A stretch of 63,042 nucleotides of DNA, counting the filler, from Hausera hauseri (lineage: Eukaryota), in the NCBI GenBank assembly GCA_046269625.1. It is 11 parts of 11 records of this genome, joined end to end, with 100 filler letters (N's around TTAATTAATTAA, not from the genome) between each part and the next. Parts side by side here need not be neighbours in the genome. Positions count along the whole stretch, not along the records: positions 1 to 15,584 come from JBJURY010422141.1; positions 15,685 to 21,280 come from JBJURY010223965.1; positions 21,381 to 26,439 come from JBJURY010348601.1; 8 more parts are not named here. One strand, given 5' to 3'. The notes under the pieces were generated by a model. That model saw nothing but the letters and a program-made list of their open reading frames with translations, did no database searches and was not told where the DNA came from. Both the position numbers and the translations under genes were made by a program. Of this stretch, positions 13,520-24,975 are shown one piece after another. The first letter of the stretch is position 1. Each line of letters opens with the position of its first letter.

Positions 13520-15584
13520 AGTAGTAGAAAAATGCCGGTCCTGGCTCACCCCCTTCCCCAATGCAGCCAATCCGAAGCGTGCTTGATGCGCACACAGGTA
13601 CTGGATTGGTAGAATCGGCGACAGAGATTTCAAAAAGCACACCGTCAATAATGCACGGTGCACCCCGGAAGCAGGGGAAGTGCACGAATAAATCGGATGT
13701 TAGAAGGAAATGGTGCACGGTAAAGTGTTGCACGTAGAAATGATGGGATAGCAATGGCGCATCAAATGCCGAAGGAAGCAAGTCGATCGGATGCTGCACA
13801 GAAGCACTGGGCGAAAGAGAAAAGGTGAGCCAGGACTGAAATATGGTTTATGAGGAAGTGGAAAACGTTAACGGTGAGTCAGCATCGGTTCAGTAGCAAT
13901 TGGGCGATGAGTAGCCGAACTGTACTGGGAAGAAAGGAGCACTACGCACCGATGACGTCAGAGACGCCATGTGTGTTCACTGATGATGGAATCCAGTGTT
14001 GAGTAACATATCACACGAAAGCCCATGACAAGCGCTATTCGATCACGGTGTGCGAATGGAAATAACCCAATCCGAAATGGAAGTCCGATGAGAAACGTCA
14101 AAATGAAACAGTCGAGTTCAATCGTTCGGTCATCGATTACTGATTATGGATATGTGTGTCGCAAAGTTCTTACGCATTTCCATCAACGTATAGAAGAGGA
14201 AAACGAATTTTCTATGTACATGTGAACTTTGAGCACATGAATTTTATGCGGTTTTAGACAAATATTTGAGATAAAAATCGATTTTATGAAGTCTTCGTCA
14301 CACACACATACACGTAAAAAATATAATACGCAAAAAAAGTAAATGTAAGCAATATGATATCAACAATAAATTATCGTAGTACATTTACAATTCAATAAAC
14401 AGAAACCTCAATAATGTGTACGGAGATTGGACAAGTATAAGTTGATTGTTTTAAAAAGTGGTAAATGTAGAGTAATGGGTTAATGGATGTATTTAAAAGT
14501 ACATATCGTTATATTATTTAGTATATGTTCTTCCATTACTCAGCCCGAAGATTGAAGTAAATCATGAAATGAGGTTAAAAAAGGTTAATATAATTAACCA
14601 ATAAAGTTGTTAGAATGAAACATAAATTAAGGAAACAATGACAATACAGTAATTATTCTATAGTTAATCAATATTTCTAAAAAATGATTAAAATAAGATT
14701 TGCTTCAGTTTGTTGATTTTATAAATATAATTTTTTAGTTTAAGACGTACATGAATTATTGTGGCAATAACCAGCACGAAGATACAGAGAAGTGCCATCA
14801 GAAGATGCAGAAGTATTTTGCATCAAAACATGGATGTTTTATATGCACAGTATGCCGATCGCCAAATGATATGCCGTATATGGAATTTTACAAGCAACAC
14901 AGTGGCCACCTAAATTAATTTCAAACAGAGTCAAAAGAAATATCTATAGAACTGGCATCGCAATTATCGCCGTCAACATATGATCAATTGTTTCAACAAA
15001 AATCACGTCTAAGATAATGCCAAGTGGTATGCAGTACCACGGAGTCAGGCATTACGAAGTACAATATTATGTTTGTCCTCAATGCCAAACATGCGAAACG
15101 TCGAATTGTGAGGATTTTCTTTGTAAACATGGATCACACTTGGGGCAATTTCAATCAAAAAGAAAAAGTGATTTGTTAAAGGAAGCAATGGAAGATCCAG
15201 CAGTTCTTGCAACAACAACAACAGGTGATATTTACATAGATGAACCAGGCCTTTCAAATCAAAAAATAAATGCAAAGCCAGCACAAAAAATATACCAAAA
15301 GGCACCATGCAAAAGAACGGCAGTCAAACACGCTATGAAGTGCAAAGTACGGGAATATTCAATTGAATCGCAAAGGGATGAAGAAAACCGTAGTATTGTT
15401 CAATTTCTGGAAAATGGCAAGTCGGAAATCGCTGGTATTTTGGAGGATGCAATACAATATTTAAATCCGATCAAGGTGAATTTTTTCCTCGAGACTATAC
15501 ATACTAATATTTATGGTGAAATCACAAAACGGGCATTCAAGACCACCGGAAAATCAGTTTTGATGGACACGGACATCAATGCAT
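13520..15584 (+). mobile_element. Left end of a Polinton (AGTAGTAG terminus) running into the N-terminal part of pPolB
   Basis: AGTAGTAGAAAAATGCCGG starts at 13520, followed by a relatively GC-rich terminal tract and then a pPolB N-terminal ORF. Confidence 0.6.
15017..15584 (+). CDS. Polinton protein-primed DNA polymerase B, N-terminal Zn-finger region, truncated by contig end
   Basis: A CPQC..H finger-like motif is followed by HAMKCKVREYSI...IVQFLE...I..ILE..IKVNFFLE...KRAFKT...VL..TD. This resembles the N-terminal region of animal Polinton pPolB. Confidence 0.6.
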
Positions 15585-15684
15585 NNNNNNNNNNNNNNNN
15601 NNNNNNNNNNNNNNNNNNNNNNNNNNNNTTAATTAATTAANNNNNNNNNNNNNNNNNNNNNNNNNNNNNNNNNNNNNNNNNNNN
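15585..15684. other. Artificial contig spacer (N-run TTAATTAATTAA N-run); same spacer at 21281, 26440, 30649, 34958, 39758, 44127, 50042, 54294, 58361
   Basis: The same 100-nt linker with six-frame stop codons occurs ten times. Confidence 0.98.
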
Positions 15685-18600
15685 GGAGTGACCCGGTTCC
15701 GGACACGTGCATATTCGGACTTACCACAATGATCTGAGTCAAAAAAAATATGGACTGACCCTGTTCCGGACACCTGCATATTTGGTGTTCTTATAATGTA
15801 CTAAGTCAAAAAAAATTATTGACTGAGCCATTTCCGGACATCTGCATTTTTGCCCTCACGGCAATTATTCGAATCGAAACAAATTTTGAACTGACCCAGT
15901 TCCGGACACCTGCATATTCGGACTCACGTAAGTGAGTTGAATCGAAACCAATTTTGAACTGACCCAGTTACGGACACCTACATATTCGATCTCACCACAA
16001 TGAGTTGAGGCGAAAAAAATTATTGACTGACCCAGCTCCATACACCTGCATATTCGGACTCACCACAATGATCTGAGTTGAAAAAAATTATAGACCGAAC
16101 CTCTTCCCGAAACCTGCATATTTGGGCTCACCAAATGTCCTAAATCGAAAAATTTATAGAATGACCCGGTTCCGGAAACCTGCATTTTCGGATCTACGGC
16201 AGTTATTCGAATCAAAAAAAATTTTGGACTGACCCAGTTCCGGTCACGTGCATATTCGAACTCACCACACTGAGATGGGTCAAAAAATTATGGAATGACC
16301 TATCTCCGGACCCCTGCATATTCGAACTCACAACAATCATCTGAGTCGAAAAAAAATTGTGGAATTCCCTAGTTCCAGACACATGCATATTCGGTCTTAC
16401 CACAATGAGATGAGTGGAAAAAAATTATGGAATGACCCAGTTCCGGACACCTGCATATTCGGCTCACGTCAGTGTGTTGAGTGAAAAAAAATTTTGGACT
16501 GACCCAGTTCCGGACACCTGCATATTCGGACTCACCACAATAATCTGGTGTGAAAAAAATTATGGATTGACCCAGTTCCGGACGCCTGCATATTCGGCTC
16601 ACGTCAATGTGTTGAATAGAAAAAAATTTTGGACTGACCCAGTTCCGGAAATGTGCATATTGGGAATCACGTCAATGAGTTGAATCGAAAAAAATTATGG
16701 ACTGACCCAGTCCGGACACCTGCATATACGGACTCACAGCAATGTGTTGAGTGGAAAAATTTTGGACTGTCCCAGTTGCGGACACCTGCATATTCGGACT
16801 CACCAAAATGAGTTGGGTCGAAAAAAATTATGGACTGACCCAGTTCCGGACACCTGCATATTCGGACTCACAGCAATGTGTTGAGTGGAAAAATTTTGGA
16901 CTGTCCCAGTTGCGGACATCTGCATATTGGGAATCACGTAATTGGTTTAATCTAAAAAAATTTTCGACTGACCCAGTTCCATACACCTGCATATTCGAAC
17001 TCACCACAATGATCTGAGTTGAAAAAAATTACGGACGGACCCTGTTCCCGACACCTGCATATTCGGAATCACCACAATGAGCTGAGTTGCAAAAATTATG
17101 GAATGACCCAGTTCCGGACACCTGCATATTCGAACTCACCACAATCATCTGAGTCGAAAAAAAATTGAGGAATTCCCTACTTCCAGACACATGCATATTC
17201 GGACTCACCACACTGAGCTGGGTCAAAAAAAATTATGGACTGACCTATTTCCGGACCGCTGCATATTCCAACTCACCACAATCTTGTGAGTCAAAAAAAT
17301 TGTGGAATTCCCTAGTTCCGGACACCTCCATATTTGGACTCACGTCAGTGAGTTCAATCGAAAAAAATTTTGGACTGACCCAGTTTCGGACACTTGCATA
17401 TTCGGACTCACCAAAATTAGTTGGGTCGAAAAAAATTTGGACTGACACAGTTTCGGACACCTGCATCTTAGGATTTACCGCAATTATACGAATCGAAAAA
17501 AATTTTGGACTGACCCTGTTACTGTCACCTGCATATTCGGAATTACCACAATGAGCTAAGTAGAAAAAAATTATGGAGTGACACAGTTCCGGACACCTGC
17601 TTATGCGGCTCACGTCAGTGTGTTGAATCGAGAAAAATTTTGGACTGACCCACTTCCTGACACCTGCATATTCGGACTCACCACAGCGAGCTGAGTCGAA
17701 AAAATTATGGAATGACCCACTTCCGGACACCTGCATATTCGGACTTACTTCATTTGTTCGAATGGAAAAAAATTTTAGGCTGACCCTGTTCCTGTAACCT
17801 GCTTACTGGGACTCACCACAATGAGCTGAGTAGAAAAAAATTATTGACTGACCCAGTTCCGTACACCTGCATATTCGTACTCACGTCAGAAAGTTGAATC
17901 GGCGAAAATTTTCAACTGAGGCAGTTCCGGACACCTGCATATTCGGACTCACGTAAGTGAGTTGAATCGAAAAAAATTTTCGACTGACCCAGTTCCATAC
18001 TCCTGCATATTCGGACTCACCACAATGATCTGAGTTGAAAAAAATTATGTTCTCGACACCTGCATATTCAGACTCAACACAATGAGCTGAGTTGAAAAAA
18101 ATTAAGGACTGACACAGTTCCGAACACCTGCATTTTAGGACTCTCCGCAATTATACGAATCGAAAAAAATTTTGGACTGACCCAGTTCCTGACACCTGCA
18201 CATTCGGACTCACCACAGCGAGCTGAGTCGAAAAAATTATGGAATGACCCATTTCCGGACACCTGCATATTCGGACTTACTTCATTTGTTCGAATGGAAA
18301 AAAATTTTAGACTGACCCTGTTCCTGTAACCTGCTTACTGGGACTCACCACAATAAGCTGAGTAGAAAAAAATTATGGAGTGACACAGTTCCGGACACCT
18401 GCATTTTAGGACTGTCCACAATTATTCGAATCGAAAAAAATTTTGAACTGACCCAGTTCCGGACACCTGCATATTTGGATTTAACGCAACTAATCGAATC
18501 GAAAAAGTTATGGAAAGACCCAGTTCGGGACACTTGCATATTCGGCTTACCGCAAATATTCGAATCGAAAAAAATTTTCGACTAACCTTGTTCCGGACAC

Positions 18601-21280
18601 CTGCATATGCGGTGTACCACAATGAGCTGAGCAGAAAGAATTATTGACTGACCCAGTTCCGTACACCTGCATATTCGTATTCAGGGCGGTGAGTAGAATC
18701 CGAAAAAATTTTTAACTGAGACAGTTCCGACACCTGCATATTCGGACTTACTTCATTTGTTCGAATCGAAAAAAATTTTGGACTGACCCTGTTCCTGTAA
18801 CCTGCATATTAGGACTCACCAAAATGAGCTGAGTCGACAAAAATTATCGACTGTGCCAGCTCCGGACACCTGCGTTTTTCGACTCACCGCAATTATTCGA
18901 ATCGAAATAAATTTTGGACTGACCTTGTTCCGGACACCTGCATATTCGGCGTACCACAATGAGCTGAGTCGAAAAAAATTATTGACTGAGCCAGTTCCGT
19001 ACACCTGCATATTCGGACTCACCACAATTATCTGAGTTGAAAAAAATTATGGACCGAACCTGTTCTCGACACCTGCATATTCAGACTCAACACAATGAGC
19101 TGAGTTGACAAAAATTAAGGACTGACGCAGTTCCGAACACCTGCATTTTAGGACTTACCGCAATTATACGAATCGAAAAAAATTTTGGACTGACCCAGTT
19201 CCTGTCACCTGCATATTCGGACTCACCACAATGATATGAGTAGAAAAAATTTATTGACTGTCCCAGTTCCGGACACCTTCATATTCGGACTCACTACAAT
19301 GAGCTGAGTAGAAAAACATTATGGACTGACCCAGTTCCGGACACCTTCATATTCGGACTCACGTAAGTTAGTTGAATGGAGAAACATTTTGGACTGCTCC
19401 AGATCCGTATACCTGCATATTCGGACTCAACACTATGAGCTGAGTATAAAAATATTATGGACTGACCCAGTCCGGACACTTGCATATTCGGACTCACGTC
19501 AGTGAGTTGAGTGGAAAAAAATTTTGGACTGACCCAGTTCCGGACATCTCCATATTCGGACTCACCACAATTATCTGAGTTGAAAAAAATTATGGATTGA
19601 CCCAGTACCGGACACCTGCATATACAAACTTACTTCAATTATTCCAAAGGAAAAAAATTTTGGACTGACCCAGTTCCGGACATCTCCATATTCGGACTCA
19701 CCACAATGATCTGAGTAGAAAAAAATTATGGACTGACGCAGTTCCGAACACCTGCATATTCGGCTCAAGTCAGTGTGTTGAATCGAAAAAAATTTTGGAC
19801 TGACCCAGTTCCAGACACCCCCATATTCGGACCCACCACAATGATCTGAGTTGAAAAAAATTATGCATTGACCCAGTTCCGCACACCTGCATATTCTGCT
19901 CACGTCAGTGAGTTGAATCGAAAAAAATTTTGGACTGACCCAGTTCCGGACACCTCCATATTCGGACTCACCACAATGATCTGAGTTGAAAAAAATTATG
20001 GACTGACCCAGTTCCGGCCACCTGCATATTCGGCTCACGTCAGTGTGTTGAATCGAAAAAAATTTTGGACTGACCCAGTTCCGGACACCTGCATAATCGG
20101 ATTCACCACAATAATCTGAGTTGAAAAAAATTATGGAATGACCCAGTTCCGGCCACCTGCATATTCGGCTCACGTCAGTGTGTTGAATCGAAAAAAATTT
20201 TGGGCTGACCCAGTTCCAGACACTTGCATATTCGGTCTCACCACAATGTGCTGAGTGGAAAAAAATTATGGAATGACCCAGTTCCGGACACCTGCATATT
20301 GGGCTCACGTCAGTGTGTTGAATCGAAAAATATTTTGGACTGACCCAGTTCCGGACATGTGCATATTCGGACTCACCGCAATAATCTGGGGTGAAAAAAA
20401 TTATGGACTGAACCACTTCCTGACACCTGCATATTCGGATTCAAGTCAATGAGTTGAATCGAAAAATATTTTGGACTGACCCATTTCCGTACATGTGCAT
20501 ATTCGGACTCACCACAATAATCTGGGGTGAAAAAAATTATGGACTGAACCACTTCCTGACACCTGCATATTCGGATTCGCCACAGCAAGCTGAGTCGAAA
20601 AAATATGGAATGACCCAGTTCCAGACACCTGCATATTCGGTCTCAGCACAATGATCTGACTCGAAAAAAATCATGGAATGACCCACTTCCGGACTATTGC
20701 ATATTCGGATTTACTTCATTCGTTCGAATCGATAAAAATTTTGGACTGACCCAGTTCCAGACACCCTTATATTCGGACTCACCACAATGATCTGAGTTGA
20801 AAAAAATTATGCATTGACCCAGTTCCGCACACCTGCATATTCGGCTCACGTCAGTGAGTTGAATCGAAAAAAATTGTGGACTGACCAACTTCCGGGCACC
20901 TGCATATTCCGACTCACCAAAATGTGATGAGTCGAAAAAATTATGAAATGACCCAGTTACGGACACCTGCATATACGGACTTACTTCAATTATTCCAAAG
21001 GAAAAAAAATTTGGACTGACCCTGTTCCTGTCACTTGCATATTCGGACTCACCAAAATGATCTGAGTTGAAAAAAATTATGGACCGACCCAGTTCCGGCC
21101 ACCTGCATATTCGGCTCACGTCAGTGTGTTGAATCAAAAAATATTTTGGACTGACCCAGTTCCGGCCACCTGCATATTCGGCTCACGTCAGTGTGTTGAA
21201 TCAAAAAAAATTTTGGACTGACCCAGTTCCGGACACCTGCATAATCGGATTCACCACAATAATCTGAGTTGAAAAAAATT
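15685..21280. repeat. 67-68-bp satellite array (about 80 copies)
   Basis: Core TGGACTGACCCAGTTCCGGACACCTGCATATTCGGACTCAC + ~17-nt variable segment + AAAAAAATT(A/T)T. Unit starts at 19932, 20000 and 20067. Confidence 0.97.
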
Positions 21281-22471
21281 NNNNNNNNNNNNNNNNNNNN
21301 NNNNNNNNNNNNNNNNNNNNNNNNTTAATTAATTAANNNNNNNNNNNNNNNNNNNNNNNNNNNNNNNNNNNNNNNNNNNNTTCATTTGTTCCTTTGAGAT
21401 TAGAAAACGAAATTTCTGCTGTATTATTATCAGTAGACTTTTCTGACACCATTGTTAAATTTGTTGAAAGTGAGTATATAATTCCAAATAGACCAAACAA
21501 ATAATATATAATTCCAAATAGACCAAACAAATAGAGATAAAACCAAGACTTTATTGTTATTTAAAATTTACAATTTCCAATAATCTATTTACAATAATTT
21601 ATTTACAATAATTTATCTCTGCGTATTTTATTTCTCGTATAAGAGCAGTTGTATCATCATTAGTGTTTCATAATCTTTGGAATTTGTATTTGATGTATCA
21701 AACGACAAAGTCTGAAATCTCGACTCACATCTGATTGCACAATATAAATGTCTGACAATATTCTATTTGATAAGCATAGAAATAAATATAGCCGGTAGTG
21801 GGTGTTTCATCAATTGGTGAAAATTTTCCAATTATTTCCACATATGGAAAACCAACAATTTGTTCTTGGTACGATAGATTCTGCTGACGTAACTTATACT
21901 TTCATCATTGATTATTTCGGAGACTCAGTATGGTTGTTTTGTTTTTAGAAAAGTTCTTCTTTTCATAGGAATATTGGTCAATTTTATCTTGCTGTCATAT
22001 TTGCACAAGAATCGAATAGGTACGAAGAAAAGTTCGATTTTGGTAACATTTCAAACGTGCAATGATATTTGTGTTTTACTGAGTGCAAATATTATTTCGC
22101 CTTGTACTGCTAGTTTTGTAAGTATCCCAAATTTCATTTGGGCCAATATTTATTGTAAGAACAAAAGAATTGAGAAAAGCTGTCAAATTTAGATTCTTCA
22201 ATTGCGTTATCTGGGTGGCTGACTTATCTAGAGAATTTAGCAAAAACAGTCACATTTGAATCTCCAATTGCATGATATGAACTTCTTTATCAATTGCTAA
22301 AAATTGAAATTGATAGAATTCTAGTATCTGAAAGCGAATTTTGAGATGACAGAAAGTTTGATATAGAACACCGTTTGTCGATTGTTGACCTTTGGGTTGT
22401 GGTATAAAACGGCGTATTATTACCTGGACATTATTCGGTTTCAAATCATGTACTTTGTTATTTTAGGAATA

Positions 22472-23001
22472 TGGTGGTACACGAGCCCGCGGCACCACAC
22501 TGAGGGTTATCAATATGTTTCAAATAATTATATGTTAATGTAGTGCTTTGTTTTGGAAATAAAAATTGTTTACTTGACTACAATCTCTCTGCAGATTGTG
22601 TCTAACTGTTTTACTTTGAAGAAGAAATAAATACTATTCAAATAAATATATATTCAGCAATTACAACAAAAAATGAAGACCCAAATAAATAACAACCAAC
22701 AATAAATTTCTTAATACTTACTTACAATAAAAGCCAATATCAATTAGTAAGAATTTCAATTACAGAAATTCATCCACGAATATCATCAATAAATTCAATG
22801 ATATTTATCAATTACTCTGTAGGAAAATATCTGTGTCCGAATATGAATTTCATCTCACTATTTATACCATCAAGTCACTACTTAAAATTTGCGCCGGCGG
22901 TAATTAAAATTTATGAAAAAATTGTATTGGCCGCGCGCACAAACTTTAAATTTTAAGGCCAGACAAGTACATCTTGTCTGGAAAATATCATATTTCCAAC
23001 A
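22472..23001 (-). mobile_element. Probable 3' LTR (~530 bp) of an LTR retroelement
   Basis: The minus strand begins TGTTGG right after a purine-rich tract and ends CCACCA (imperfect inverted termini). It has an internal TATAAATAG near 22860 and GTAAGT donor-like motifs near 22720. The far end is less certain than the PPT-proximal end. Confidence 0.6.
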
Positions 23002-23015
23002 TTCCCCGACCCTTA
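23002..23015 (-). promoter_or_regulatory. Polypurine tract preceding the LTR
   Basis: Minus strand AAGGGTCGGGGAA is immediately followed by TGTTGG. Confidence 0.6.
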
Positions 23016-23198
23016 AGGGGTTGTCAAGAACAATATACAAAAACAAATAAAAATAAACAAATAATATTTACATAAATAAAAGATAATGATAAAAGAAATG
23101 AAAGGTACAATAAGTACAAGATCATAACCAAAAAATGAAGTAGGAATATGTACAAATGAATGATCAGAGACGAGATAGAAGGTTATCATTTACAAATG

Positions 23199-24632
23199 TT
23201 AATAGTCCAAATCCACGACACTCCTTATATCATTCTCAATTCTAAAAGTTAATGTCTGTTCCAGATCCGGTTTCTTGGTTTTAGGTAATCTTTCTATAGG
23301 AATAAGTACTGGTTTCTGTTGCTTCAGTAGTAGGACATAAATTAATTTTCCACCTTTGTATTCGCTTTTTAAGTTTGATATCACTTGATTACCTTTTAAT
23401 TGTATCGGAAGCTTGGTTTTAAAGTCTGCATCCAACCGTATGGGCAATTTATATAGATTTCCGTAATCATTGAAGAGGAAGAAAGTTTTGATATCTACCG
23501 ATCTTTCATATATAAATCCGATCACCACATTATTGTATGTATCCCAAGATTGTAGCGTGATTTGTGGAATCGTTTGATCGATGTAGAGTGGAATCTCAAT
23601 GGAATCGATTACAACTGGGAAACTAAAATTTCTTGTATATATAATGACACCGAAAGGGAACGTAAATATATCTGAAGTTTCCAATCCTTGTATAATTCTC
23701 CTAATGAACCTGTTGAAATCAGTTTCTTCAGTTTGAACCGCTACTGAATTCATCTGGCTGTTGTTATGATTCCAATTACCCCAATTCTTTTCAGATGTAT
23801 TTTCATTTGCAACTTCGAGAATTTTGTCTTCCATTTGCAGTTTCCGTTCTTCATCTGCAACAGTATCCGATATGTTCGATACTGATGGAGTTTTTAACTC
23901 ATCCATTATTTCATCCACAATAGCTTCAGTGTCTTGAAGTGATCCTCCTGTCACATGATGAATCCAGGCAAAATCCGACAGATATTTTTCTCGATTGTAG
24001 AACAATTCTCCTGGATCTATTATATTATTAAATGGATCCGGTGGGGACCATGATACTTTAAACATATCAACTATTAATCTAAAGATATCCATGGTAAGCT
24101 GTAATTTTCCGTGATTATCTTGCGCATAATGTTGCCCATTTTGAATTCCGGGTAATTTAAGAATCGTACCAATATTCGTCAGAGTTACTTGGTGAAAGAT
24201 TCGTCCAGTTATCTCTTCATGCTTTAATAGGTCTATAGCTCCAGCCAAATAATTAAAAGGAATATCAAAAATTTCCAACATTTTATGCGTTTCTAAACCT
24301 ATTACAACTGTTCCCAATAGCCAATTAATCAATTCCTTAGTAACATCGTATATGTCTTGACCATAATTGGAAATGTAATCAGGAAGAATGCCATGTCTTA
24401 TAGAATTAAGATTATGGAGTTTTTTCCTATTAGCAATTATGGCTTCATATAATATAGCACCTCTTTTATTGGCAATAGTGACATGTATTGGTAGAGGGCT
24501 ATTGTCTTCCATATAACCTATAGATACTGTTAATATTCGGATAGTGTTACTTTGATTTGTGGTAATGAAATTCAGACCATTTTGCTTTATCAATTCTGGA
24601 GGATTATGAGCCAAAATCATAGGCCTTGGCAA
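23199..24632 (-). CDS. Protein with degenerate REX4/ISG20-like DEDDh exonuclease domain plus unknown C-terminal domain
   Basis: aa ~31-185 (VTIANKRGAILYE..I....HGILPDYI....DV..EL..WLLGTVVIG....IQNGQH....TMDIF) follows the REX4 fold pattern (VSIVN..G..LYD..SGI.P...LL...ILVGH...IQ.GEH...TM.LY). The acidic catalytic residues are missing. The true start probably lies upstream. Confidence 0.6.
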   Translation of the reverse strand: MPRPMILAHNPPELIKQNGLNFITTNQSNTIRILTVSIGYMEDNSPLPIHVTIANKRGAILYEAIIANRKKLHNLNSIRHGILPDYISNYGQDIYDVTKELINWLLGTVVIGLETHKMLEIFDIPFNYLAGAIDLLKHEEITGRIFHQVTLTNIGTILKLPGIQNGQHYAQDNHGKLQLTMDIFRLIVDMFKVSWSPPDPFNNIIDPGELFYNREKYLSDFAWIHHVTGGSLQDTEAIVDEIMDELKTPSVSNISDTVADEERKLQMEDKILEVANENTSEKNWGNWNHNNSQMNSVAVQTEETDFNRFIRRIIQGLETSDIFTFPFGVIIYTRNFSFPVVIDSIEIPLYIDQTIPQITLQSWDTYNNVVIGFIYERSVDIKTFFLFNDYGNLYKLPIRLDADFKTKLPIQLKGNQVISNLKSEYKGGKLIYVLLLKQQKPVLIPIERLPKTKKPDLEQTLTFRIENDIRSVVDLDY

Positions 24633-24659
24633 ATATAGATGCTTCTCTGGAAGTAACCA

Positions 24660-24975
24660 TTAAATCATTAAGATCATCGGGACGTATATGGGTCTGGCTT
24701 GTAACAAATCAATACTCATTGGTGTATTGATGAATAGAGTTTCTTCTTCATATATTATATTTGTTCTTTGATCATTATACTGGACTTCATTCCTGGTTTT
24801 TAGGCAAATCATGCCTCTAGCTACGTGGATAACTAGTCCATCTATTTTATCAGTTTTGGACATATATCTTTTCAATTCCAATGGCTGAGCTTCGTTAAAT
24901 AAATCCCAAGATTCCGGTTTACGGTAATTCCGTGCTTTAATTGGTTTGGAATCCGAACCACATTTAATGCTACGA
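24660..24975 (-). pseudogene. Upstream continuation of the nuclease-like ORF (same frame, separated by one TAA)
   Basis: The 24660..24881 ORF is in frame with 23199..24632 (...VPMILMI*WLLPEKHLYLPRPM...). The frame stays open to ~24975, overlapping the 501-aa ORF. Confidence 0.45.

Noticed and set aside
12819-13799. 326-aa ORF as one gene
   Set aside because: It spans three unrelated segments: antisense Polinton terminus, core-like fragment and GAA array.
16212-21137. Repeat-protein ORFs (e.g. 19571-20416, 45-aa period)
   Set aside because: By-product of a 135-bp dimer; frames break with every A-tract length change.
15685-21280. CRISPR array
   Set aside because: Variable segments are short and reused from a few types rather than unique spacers; there are no cas genes; the context is eukaryotic.
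22480-22497. tRNA primer-binding site TGGTGCCGCGGG
   Set aside because: Only partially PBS-like, with no gag downstream; better read as a hairpin at the LTR end, though not excluded.
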